NCBI RefSeq assembly: GCF_006345805.1
Contig: NC_042999.1
Coordinates: forward strand, 15,128,001-15,192,000
Reading direction: 5' to 3'
Source: Octopus sinensis
Taxonomy: Eukaryota
Length of the DNA stretch: 64,000 bases
The notes beneath the pieces were generated by a model. The model saw nothing but the letters and a program-made list of their open reading frames with translations, was not told where the DNA came from and ran no database searches. Both the position numbers and the translations under genes were made by a program. Positions 12,781 to 23,902 of this stretch are shown here, piece after piece. Each line of letters starts with the position of its first letter. Position 1 is the stretch's first letter.

Positions 12781-13162
12781 AGTTATCATTACCTTTCCCA
12801 GGGCACGATTCTCTTCATATCATTTACAAGTAAACTTAGATTTATTTTCATAAGTCACTAATTGTAATTTTTTTTTTTACTTTTATCAAATTATGGTCAA
12901 TTTGTTTGATTAAACATTTCGGGGAGGTGCCCCGTTATGGTCAGAGTTAAACGATTGAAGCAAGTAAAACAAAAATAGAGAGAAAAAAAAAACCTGCAAT
13001 ATAAACAATTTCGTTTACTTTTTTTTTGCAGGTATTTTACTGCTACCTAAGGGGCCCTTCTGCTGGGTGATTTTAAGTCTTTTGTTACCATATTTCTGTT
13101 GAAATACACTGCCTTTGTTTGTACCAATAAATTTTGAAAATATTGAAGTTAGTAAAATATCT

Positions 13163-13603
13163 GGATCTTTTCAGTTTTAACGGCAGATTTTTCTAGCAGT
13201 GTCATATGAAATTGTCATCCATGATTATGACCCTAGTATCGATCTATTGCATTTTAATCTGTTTTAGGGTTAGGGTTAGAGTTAGGGTTAGTTAGGGTTA
13301 GGGGTGGGGGGAAGGGTATCTTTTTTTCTTCACAAATGTAAATAAACCCAATCTGTTTCTTAAACGAGGGACATATTCATATGGCACAGAATGTTTTTCA
13401 CCTCAATAGATGTCATTGATTGGTTGAAATTGCAGAAATTGAAGGAAAAAAACAACAAATATCTTACAAACTATGGAATTTTCTCAATAAAGCCAAGAGA
13501 AAAAGATGTTTTATAAACACATTCTACCAGTATACGAAGTTTAAAAGTGTTTAGTTACGTGGAAATTATTTTTCAAAAACTGCCGGTCAAACGGAAAAGA
13601 TCC
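13163..13603. mobile_element. MITE with ~30-bp TIRs, 8-bp TSD and an internal TTAGGG tract (Merlin- or hAT-like)
   Basis: GGATCTTTTC...GAAAAGATCC termini; TSD aaatatct at 13155-13162 and 13604-13611. Confidence 0.78.
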
Positions 13604-13817
13604 AAATATCTGTTATGATTCAGCTGGTGATTGGAATATAAATTAACTTGAAATTTTGGTGGAAGGGTTTAATTTAGGTCACTTTGAAACAGAAAACTTG
13701 TATCACAGAAAGAGAGGAGTGGTTTGAGGGAAGTTGATATCAAGAGGGTTAAGCTATTTGCTGTTGATATAATCCCCATAGTCTTCACTGTAAATATCAT
13801 TTGAACTTTATTGGAAA

Positions 13818-13848
<31 letters not shown>

Positions 13849-14099
13849 CTCTTGAGTTATGTATTGCTTTTATATTTTGCCTTTTTATTACTATTTTTCT
13901 TGCATTTACCTGGCTTATTCAGAATGGTGACGTGTGCCATTGACATTTCAGACCCAGGTTTATTGCATAAATTAACCTGAATTAACATGTATAAAGAGTC
14001 TTTACTCTGAGGTAAAGCAATATACTTACCTACAAACACACATACACACAAACATGTACTCGCTCACACACACACACACACATGCGCGTGCACACAAAT

Positions 14100-15296
14100 G
14101 CCGGAGTGCATCTCTTGACCAAGTTTGCATACATGAAGCTGATAAAATCATAAGACTTGGAAGGCAGTTCCTTGAGCAGCATTTCTTGTCTGATAATCTT
14201 AAATACACCCAAGGAAGTTGTATGGCTCTTCTGCAACATATCATCAGATGAAAGGATGAGCCTATATGAGCAGAAGACCATGCATGGATATGTTAGTAGA
14301 AAGCTCCAAGATGATAGTAACATTGATCATTAAAGCAGTTTATCATGGACCAACAACCAGATTACTACCTCCCACTTTGAAGGGTATGTGTTTCATCGTT
14401 TAACGTCCACTTTCCATGCTAGCATGGGTTGGACGTATGACTGAGGACTGGCGAACCAGATGGCTGCACCAGGCTTCAGTCTTGATCTGGCAGAGTTTCT
14501 ACAGCTGAATGCCCTTCCTAACGCCAACCACTTCGAGAGTGTAATGGGTGCTTTTACATGCTACCGGCATGGGGGCCAGTCAGGCAGCACTGGCAATGAC
14601 CTCGCTCAAATCTTTTACACATGCCACTGGCATGGGTGCCAGTAAGGCGATGCTTGTAATGTTCATGCTTGAATGGTGTCTTTTACGTGCCACCAGCACA
14701 GAGGCCAGATGACCACTCTGGCAACCAGAAACAGAAAATATCTACCAAATACCTGATGCACAAAATGTTATCACAGTATTATCTACTATGAGACATGAGT
14801 TGTAGCTAGGACACTATATAATGAAATTCATTAGAAGGATAATTACTAGGACAAAGAAATAAGAAGCCACAATATGCTAGATACCATAGCCACTCATAAT
14901 AAAAAGGAGTACAGATGGAATGTCCCAGTGAGAATCTCAATAAAATGTAAGCACAACAGACCTGATATAATCATTTGGGATAGAGAAGAGAAACTGTGTA
15001 CAGTTGTGGAAATTAGTTGCTCAGTGGATGTTAACATAAAGCTGAAGATCAGTGAAAATGAGAATACCTCTGCTGAACTATTGAGAAATCTACAGTTACT
15101 CTATCCAGATTACAAATTCATGTTTATACCTGTAATTATTGGGGCCCTGGGATGTATAACACACTGCCTGAATAGCAATCTTGAGAAATTAGGCTTCTCA
15201 AACCCAGGAAAGAGAAAGTTAATTCAAAGACTACAGATCCAATTCATCACTGGAACTGTAAAAATCTGTAAACCTTTTCAAAAGTTTACCATTTAG
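14100..15296 (+). mobile_element. R4/Dong-clade non-LTR retrotransposon 3' relic with a nested RTE 3'-end insertion (~14395-14725)
   Basis: KTMHGY upstream; restriction-like endonuclease HNRPDIIIWD..VVEIS..PVIIGALG. Confidence 0.8.
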
Positions 15297-15615
15297 ATAT
15301 ATATGAGCAACTATATGCATAAGAATACATACATAAAACAAAACAGACAAATCTGCACATATACATACATAGATATATACAAACAAAAATACCTTGTTGT
15401 TGATGTTGAAATTCCAATGAAGGAGCCTTGGATCTAGGTTAGAAACTGGCTCTTTATTGGCAAGAAATCTTGAAATAAAACTGAACAATTACATATATAC
15501 ATGCATATATACACATATACATACATAGATACAAGCATAGATACATACATGTGTGGGTGGATATAATAAAAATTTTATTGAAAGTACACGTGTTTATCTT
15601 GTCTTATATTTTTAG

Positions 15616-15704
15616 CTGCTTCCCTTATTTGTAATGGATATTCTCGGTCAGATGCAAGGGCTGCCTGGCTTGTTTGTATCCTGTTTGTTTAGCGGTGCCT
15701 TAAG
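15616..15704 (+). CDS. SLC5 exon: LLPLFVMDILGQMQGLPGLFVSCLFSGAL(S)
   Basis: tttttag acceptor, gtaagc donor; 89 nt. Confidence 0.96.
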
Positions 15705-15915
15705 GTAAGCACTTTTATAGTCATCTATTAATTCAAAGTAACGCTTATCTGTTTGTGGTTCAGTAAATAAGTTACATAATACAGCGTACAACCAAATTCC
15801 TCACATTCCCCATTCTTGAAAAGGTTATGAGAACAAATATGCTTTATATATCAGTTCAAACTCTGACAATAACAGAAAAAAAAAAACACACACACACACA
15901 CACACACACGCACGC

Positions 15916-15960
<45 letters not shown>

Positions 15961-17081
15961 CACACACACACACAAACAAAACAGAATAAAAACAATTAGC
16001 TACAGAAAGACTCTGTTATCACTTGCCTGACTTTATTAGCTGTACACTAATAGCCCTATAAAACATAAGAAACTTTTCTCATTTCTTTATTGCCCACAAG
16101 CGGCTACACATGGAGGGAACAAACAAGGGCAGACAATGGGATTAAGTCAATTACATCGACCCCAGTGCATAAATAGTACTTAATTTATTGACCCCAGAAA
16201 GGATGAAGGCAAAGTCGACCTCGGTGGAATTTGAACTCAGAAAGTAAAGACAGACGAAATACTTATTTCTTTATTGCCCACAAGGGGATAAACATAGAGG
16301 GGTCAAACAAGGACAAACAATGGGATTAAGTTGATTACATCGACCCCAGTGTGTAACTGGTACTTAATTTATCGACCCCTGAAAAGATGAAAGACAAAGT
16401 CGACCTCGGCAGATTTTGAACTCAGAACGTAACAGCAGACGAAATACTGCTAAACATTTCGTCCGGTGTGCTAACAATTCTGCCAGCTCGCCACCTTTAG
16501 GAAGCTTTTCTATTACACCATCATCATCATCATCATCATTTAACGTCTGTTTTCCATGCTGGCATGGGTTTGATGGTTTGACCAGAGCTGGGAAGCTAGA
16601 GAGCTGTGCCAGGCTCTAGTAATCTGTTTTTGGCTAGATGCTTTTCCTGATATCAACCACTTTGCAGAGTATAGTGGGTACTTATTGTGTGATGCTGAGA
16701 CAGGTGCTTTCTACATGGCACAGGTACAAGTGATTTTTAGGAAAAATGGCTTCAGTGGGGTCACCAAATAACTTGTAAGACAAAGACCTCTTAGCTGAAG
16801 AAGGGGTAGATTTAAGAGAAATGGCTGTGTGCCAGGTGAGAGAGCAAAATATCTATCATCATTGTTTAGCGTCCGCTTTCCATGCTAGTGAGGTGTGTTT
16901 GATAAAGCAGTCTCTGCCCATCTCATTTGATTGTTTTTAATTGAAGCCAATGTGTAGTTAATGATGAAGTTGAGAGAAAAATCAGAGAAAAGAATTTCAT
17001 CGATAAGTTCAAACCCATTTTAAATGGACAGTTAAAGTAATGGTGATAATTATAATGATGATGGTGATAATAATAATAATC

Positions 17082-17119
<38 letters not shown>

Positions 17120-17123
<4 letters not shown>

Positions 17124-17335
17124 CTGAGCAAATATAAAGATCTTGAAATAGAAATCAGCAAATTGTGGAACCTGAAGACTAAAACAATACCTGTTGTCAC
17201 ATGTGCCCTGGGAATGATAGCGAAATGAGCTGATTGCTACCTAACTCAGATACCAGGAAACCCAAAAATGGCAGAAATTCTAAAGATAGTGCTCATGGGA
17301 ACTGCTCATATCCTATGCAAAATACTTTCTATGTA
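17120..17335 (+). mobile_element. R4/Dong 3'-terminal relic after (TAA)n
   Basis: KLSKYKDLEIEISKLWNLKTKTIPVVTCALGMI. Confidence 0.78.
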
Positions 17336-18080
17336 ATCTCAGGGTTTAAAACAAACATAATTTTGGTTTTTTGGGGGGGACATTCACTAGTATAACACCC
17401 AAAAAAAAACCCCAAATATATGGCACACTAGGCATAACAACAACATGAACTTCCAGCCTGTTGTCTCTTGAGGTCTCTGGGTGAGACTTGGAGCCAACTT
17501 GTACAAATGCAAAGCAAAAGTCAAACATAGAATAATAATAATAAATAATAATAAATAAGGACATCAATGTTTTGAGTTTATTGACTCTTGTTGATGTACC
17601 TAACGAACTAAATAAAGCTTATAGCTTTATATATAATTCAGCCAAGACATTAACAGATTTATGCTAGTAGATCACCAAATTGAGAAAAGTATCGGAGTAG
17701 TGATGCAAAGTGGTGTTTACGTGTAATCGCAATTTAGGTTAGTTGAATTATGATAAACATATTTTATCTCACCTAAATTGTGATTGTGCGTAAGCGCTGT
17801 TTTGTGCCATAGCCCTGATATTTTTCTCGATCAGGCGATCTGCTACTCCTCTGTAAATATCTGAAGTGGAACATCCACTGATCTTATTGCCTGACTTGTA
17901 GAGTACAGTGAGCATCTGATGTCATAATAAGTGTCAGGTGCCCACACTCAGCCTATCCTTTACCCAGGACTGCAGCTCCATCAAAGAGATGAGCTGTGGA
18001 AAGGCATGTCTCACAAATGGAGCCCACACACATTCACTTTCTAGAAATGCTACAATGGTGCAATAATAATAATAATAATA

Positions 18081-18117
<37 letters not shown>

Positions 18118-18121
<4 letters not shown>

Positions 18122-20140
18122 CCGGGGGACATTTAACATGTGAGAGCGATAAAACAGTGCTCCGAAATCTATCCACGAACATCGGAAACAAAGACATCAA
18201 ATGGAGCCAAAAAATAACTGACAAAGGATTGGACTATATCTGAGTAAGTAATACTCATTGAAATCTATTGCTATTTTCCGAACGAAATGATGTATTTTAA
18301 CTCAATATCATCTCCAACTATGTAAACATGATTGATACATTATGATCCATCAATAACAGATCATCTCCAGTCCCAAACACCATGTACAAAAAAACTACGA
18401 ATAAGTTAAATAATACTGGTATTATTCAACCCAAGAATAACAATCGGGAAGTACATACTTTAAACCTGTTACGCAAAAAGTACGAAAAACTACACGTGCA
18501 AATGACAACCATCAAAATAATGGGCCAGACGTTGTTCCTCATGTCCCGCAAATAAAGGCATAAATGGACATGTGAGGAATACATTTCTATCCTACATGCT
18601 TACTTTACAGCAGTGCTCTACCCAAAGAACGAAAACACAACAACATTCACATATAAAATATGGAAGAAAAATAACATAAATAAAGACTTAGATACAGCAA
18701 TGAACCCTAATAAACTAGCTAATGTACGAAGATATATTATCAACGCAAAAAAAATATCAGAAATAGAAATAGAACATCTAAAAGAAAAAATACATCAGGA
18801 AAATGTAGATAGAAGCCACAGAATAATGCCAAACAATATAAACACTGTACAACACGAAGACAAATGTAACATTTCCAACAAAAACGATGTAAACAAAAAA
18901 CAACAAACTCAGACCGTAAGGATGCATAATAATGCATGACAAGCAGCAAGCCAAAACACGACAGACAAACATACAAATGAGAAAGAAAGCAACACAAACC
19001 TAAAACCTGGAAACAACGAAGAGGAGCCTAATGATTATGATACTATAAAAAGTAGAATAATCAAAGAACTGAAAAACACAGATCTCAAAATGGACCACCG
19101 ACCATACCTCCCAAAAATCAAAATAGACAAAAAAACAACATCAATTATAAACAGCATAAACCTAGCCGTCACAGAACTAATAGCCACTGAAACAAATAGC
19201 GATATCACTGACCTAAATGACTTAGTATATGCAGTAGCCACTGCAGTCACAAAAGAAGCTGGATACTCCCTCAAAACCATCCAAACAGGAGTACCACCAC
19301 CCAAACAAACCCTGTGGATAAATAACATCCCCAAAAAAATACAAAAAATGAGAAAAGATCTGTCAATTCTTAATGAAATCAGTAGACAATCAATGTTACT
19401 AAGCAACAAAAAGAAAACAAAAATACTGTGCAAATACATCACAGAAAAAGATTTACCTGAGATAAAAGAAAAGCTAAAGCAAGATAACCTTGCCAAAGCA
19501 CAAAGGATCTGCCAGTATGAGAAACGCCAACGTTTCTTTGAACAAAACAAACAGTTCAACTCCAACCCCAAAAAGGTTCTACCAAGAATTTGGCAAAAAT
19601 AAAATAGAAATCACTGCTGCACCAACGGCAGAAGAAGTGGAAGAATTCTGGAAAGAAATATGGTCGGCGAATGAACAACCAAAAAAAAATGAAGTATTAA
19701 AACAACAAACTTAGCATCTGAGCAACTTTGGACCCCCATAACAACTGAAGAGGTCACCCAGGCACTGCAAAGACTAAGCAACTGGAAAGCACCTGGGCAT
19801 GACAAGGTCCCCAACTTCTGGTTGAAATATCTGACAGGAATGCACAAATAGCTGGCTGAAAACTTTAACAACATACTGGCAGAGCCAGAGACGATGCCTG
19901 AATGGCTCACAAAGGGGAAAACCATCTTAACTCCCAAATCCAATGAGACAGCAAAATCAGAAAACTACAGACCTATAACCTGTCTCCCTACAATGTACAA
20001 AGCATTCACTGCAGTAATATCACAAAGATACAACCTGTTTCCAGAAGAGCAGAAGGGGTGCCACAAAGGCTCATATGGCTGTAAAGATCAACTAATGATC
20101 AATAAAGCCATAACTGAAGATAGCCACAGAAAGAAGAAGA
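18118..20140 (+). mobile_element. R4/Dong-clade element: 5' region plus N-terminal RT, disrupted, downstream of (TAA)n
   Basis: SNWKAPGHDKVPNFWLKYL, PEWLTKGKTILTPK, NYRPITCLPTMYK, EQKGCHKGSYGCKDQL; stops and frameshifts; breaks off at ~20140. Confidence 0.85.
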
Positions 20141-20211
20141 TTATAGATATAAGATTATTCTTATATCTATAAGAATGCCATATTAATTATATCTATAAGA
20201 ATGCCATAATA

Positions 20212-20420
20212 TTAAATGATGGTGATGATGATGATGAATGTAAAGCTAGAAAAAATGCTGCTAAGTATTTTGTGCAGTGGGCTAACAATTCTACCAGTCA
20301 GTTGCTGTAACCTATATATACCCATAAAAAAATGAACTCTTAAAATTTCACTGTATATAAATTAAACATTATGGTAAGCTTTCACGACCTGGAAGAGGAC
20401 AATATGCAACTGTTAGCTGC
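20212..20420. repeat. ~210-bp inverted duplication of 26472-26683
   Basis: Reverse-complement match including non-repeat sequence (cccataaaaaaatgaactcttaaaatttcactgtatataaattaaacattatggtaagctttcacgacctggaag). Confidence 0.92.
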
Positions 20421-20578
20421 AATTAATTTCCAGTAAACGCTGCCGCAATCTCTTTTATAGAGACTTAGTAATTTTAATATTTCTATTATTGAAAACAAGT
20501 GGATGTATTCCACTGAAACTAGGTAAATAGGAACCTTCGAACAGAGACGTCAGTGGCGACACCTGCGGGTCTGACTGC

Positions 20579-20620
20579 GCTACATTGACAAGGGGCAATA
20601 CCCCGAAACGCGTCTGTAGC
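20579..20620 (+). ncRNA. Minimal type I hammerhead ribozyme motif, U3-A8 core variant
   Basis: gctaca-TTGACAA-gggg(caata)cccc-GAAA-cgcg-TC/tgtagc: 6-bp stem I, 4-bp stem II, palindromic stem III ACGCGT, GUC triplet (predicted cut after 20614). Confidence 0.82.
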
Positions 20621-20983
20621 TGTCGGACTGGCAGTGTGAAGCGGCTGACCTCCCTTGTTCGAAGGTTATAATGGATACAGATCGTGTATCAATAGCTTTC
20701 TTGATGGCGGTGGCCTCATGGAGCTGACCAGCGGCAGCGATTATTCTTATATCTATAAGAGTGCCATATTAATATGGCGATAACAATTAATATATATATA
20801 TATTTATATAAGTTTAGCAAAATTTAAATTCAGATGAATATGGTACTTAAGTCAAAGGCACCAGAATTTTGTATGGTATTATCCATATAAATCAATGGGG
20901 GTGATTATAATCAAAATAAGCAACAAGTATATCTGAGGTAGAGTGGTACAATTGTCTCATGCTACTTCATTTTATTAAACACA

Positions 20984-21069
20984 GTGGCTGAAGATTGCTC
21001 GACATTTTAAAACTGATGTAATACTTACGGTATTTAATAAAATGAAGTAGCATGAAACGATCGTACCAC
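20984..21069 (+). ncRNA. Hammerhead motif with long stem II insertion
   Basis: gtgg-CTGAAGA-ttgct...(~50 nt, includes catttta/taaaatg pairing)...agcat-GAAA-cgatcg-TA/ccac; homologous copy at 2548-2639. Confidence 0.58.
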
Positions 21070-21199
21070 ATTACCTCAGATATACTTGTTGCTTATATAT
21101 ATATATATATGTATATAATAATAAATATTAGGGAATAAATCCAAATTTACAGGGAAAAAAATCAGATTTAGGATTAAATCCAATTTTATAGTAAAATAT

Positions 21200-22550
21200 T
21201 ATAAAATATTATTAGAGACAAAACCACTATTTTGCAAAACAAATAAGGAAAGACTTAATCAATACATAAAATTTTAATAAATAGTCAAAAAAACCGCCAC
21301 TACAATCGTTTCTTGTCTTGATCGACAATCTTCAGGTGGACTTCCAATCTAAAAAATCAAAATTTTAAAATATAAAAATAATAATTTTAAATAATTAAAG
21401 TATAAATGAAAAAATATAAGTATATAATCCATATATAACCTATATATAATCCATATCGAAAATATAGACAAATTACCACGAATTCCCTAAAAGAAACCAT
21501 GATAAAACAAAACTCTTAAAAACATATAACGATAAAATCTCCCTTTGCTAAACTCTAAAACAAACCTATATAGTAATCCCCCTAACCTAAACATTCACAC
21601 ACAAATACACACACGTAAACCACAGACCCACGACTTATACACATACCTATACTAACTTATAAACCTCAATATACACCAAAACCACTCCCTCCCACACAGA
21701 CAAATTAACACATACATCCCAAAACCTAAATAACAAACCCATATACACATTCACACACAAACCACACACACACACAAAACACCACACACAACAGATACAT
21801 ATACTCCCTCACATATACGCATATACATACTCACTAAACTCGACATATACAACAATACTTACACACTTACTTACTTGTGGGTGTGTAAGTATTGTTGTAT
21901 ATGTCGAGTTTAGTGAGTATGTATATGCGTATATGTGAGGGAGTATATGTATCTGTTGTGTGTGTGTGTTTTGCGTGTGTGTGTGTGTTTGTGTGTGAAT
22001 GTGTATATGGGTTTGTTATTTAGGTTTTGGGATGTATGTGTTAATTTGTCTGTGTGGGAGGGAGTGGGTTTTGGTGTATATTGAGGTTTATAAGTTAGTA
22101 TAGGTATGTGTATAAGTCGTGGGTCTGTGGTTTACGTGTGTGTATTTGTGTGTGAATGTTTAGGTTAGGGGGATTACTATATAGGTTTGTTTTAGAGTTT
22201 AGCAAAGGGAGATTTTATCGTTATATGTTTTTAAGAGTTTTGTTTTATCATGGTTTCTTTTAGGGAATTCGTGGTAATTTGTCTATATTTTCGATATGGA
22301 TTATATATAGGTTATATATGGATTATATACTTATATTTTTTCATTTATACTTTAATTATTTAAAATTATTATTTTTATATTTTAAAATTTTGATTTTTTA
22401 GATTGGAAGTCCACCTGAAGATTGTCGATCAAGACAAGAAACGATTGTAGTGGCGGTTTTTTTGACTATTTATTAAAATTTTATGTATTGATTAAGTCTT
22501 TCCTTATTTGTTTTGCAAAATAGTGGTTTTGTCTCTAATAATATTTTATA
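21200..22550. repeat. Near-perfect 1.35-kb palindrome (arms 21200-21866 and 21881-22550, 14-nt spacer)
   Basis: Arms are reverse complements; the differences I noticed are in the CA/TG tract. Confidence 0.95.
22411..22453 (+). ncRNA. Type I hammerhead motif in the right arm of the large palindrome (mirror copy 21297-21339, - strand)
   Basis: ccac-CTGAAGA-ttgtc(gatcaa)gacaa-GAAA-cgattg-TA/gtgg. Confidence 0.72.
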
Positions 22551-22588
<38 letters not shown>

Positions 22589-23786
22589 CATACACACACA
22601 CATGTGTGTGTGCGTAAGCATGTGTGTATGAGGTTCAGTGTCCTTTGTTTTCTATCATCCATGGACATATGTCTTCCATAGGAAATTATTATTTCATATG
22701 AAACAGGTGAAGATTGACAACAGGAAGAGCAGTACTAGACTCATACTTTATTTTATCAACCCAGGATGAATAAAAAGCAAAACTGACCTCAGCTGAATTT
22801 AAACACTGATCACAAAAGTCTGTTACTATACATCGCAATGCCTTTCCTCTGATGCTCAAACAATTCTTTGTTGCAAACTGCCTTTGATGGGATTCATCAT
22901 CATCATCATCATTGTTAACGTCCGTTTTCCAGGTTCGACCAGAGATCTGGGAAGCCAGAAGGCTGCACCAGACTCCAGTCTGATCTGGCAGATTTTCTAC
23001 AGATGGATGCCCTTCCTAACGCCAACCACTCCGTGAGTGTAGTGGGTGCTTTTTATGTGCCGCCGGTACAGGTGCCAGGCGAGGCTGGCAATGGCCATGA
23101 TCGGATTGGTGCTTTTACGTGCCACCGGCATGGAAGCCAGTCAAGGTGGTGCTGGCATTGGCCACGTTCCGATGGTGCTTTTTATGTGTCACCGGCACAG
23201 GGATCACAACTACAGTTTCCACTGATTTTTGATGTTGGTGTACTTCACTCAATGGATCTCCTCAAGCACAGGGTCAATTAATTACTCTTTCACTCTTTTA
23301 CTCTTTTACTTGTTTCAGTCATTTGACTGCGGCCATGCTGGAGCACCGCCTTTAATCGAGCAACTCAACCCCGGGACTTATTCTTTTGTAAGCCCAGTAC
23401 TTATTCTATCGGTCTCTTTTGCCGAACCGCTAAGTAACGGGGACGTAAACACACCAGCATCGGTTGTCAAGCAATGCTAGGGGGACAAACACAGACACAC
23501 AAACATACACGCACACACATATATATATATACATATATATGACGGGCTTCTTTCAGTTTCCGTCTACCAAATCCACTCACAAGGCATTGGTCGGCCCGGG
23601 GCTATAGTAGAAGACACTTGCCCAAGGTGCCATGCAGTGGAACTGAACCCAGAACCATGTGGTTGGTAAACAAGCTACTTACCACACAGCCACTCCTGTG
23701 CCTTTTAATGTTGCTAATGATTTTATCGCTTTTAATTCCTTTAGCTATTTCTTTTTATCATTATATATTTTGGGGATTTATTTTAG

Positions 23787-23902
23787 TACGATTTCATCTG
23801 GATTAAATTCACTTTCTACTGTAATCCTTCAAGATGTCATAAAGGCTTATATTATGAAGGATTTACCAGAAAAAAAAGCAACTATCATTTCCAAAATTCT
23901 AG
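23787..23902 (+). CDS. SLC5 exon: (S)TISSGLNSLSTVILQDVIKAYIMKDLPEKKATIISKIL
   Basis: ttttag acceptor, gtaagt donor; includes the helix equivalent to the Na2 site; 116 nt. Confidence 0.95.

Noticed and set aside
13263-13310. True telomere
   Set aside because: It is a short, degenerate tract inside a TIR/TSD-bounded element.
20114-20135. ctgaagatagccacagaaag hammerhead-like string
   Set aside because: It lies in Dong coding sequence and has no stem II or stem I, so it is a chance match.
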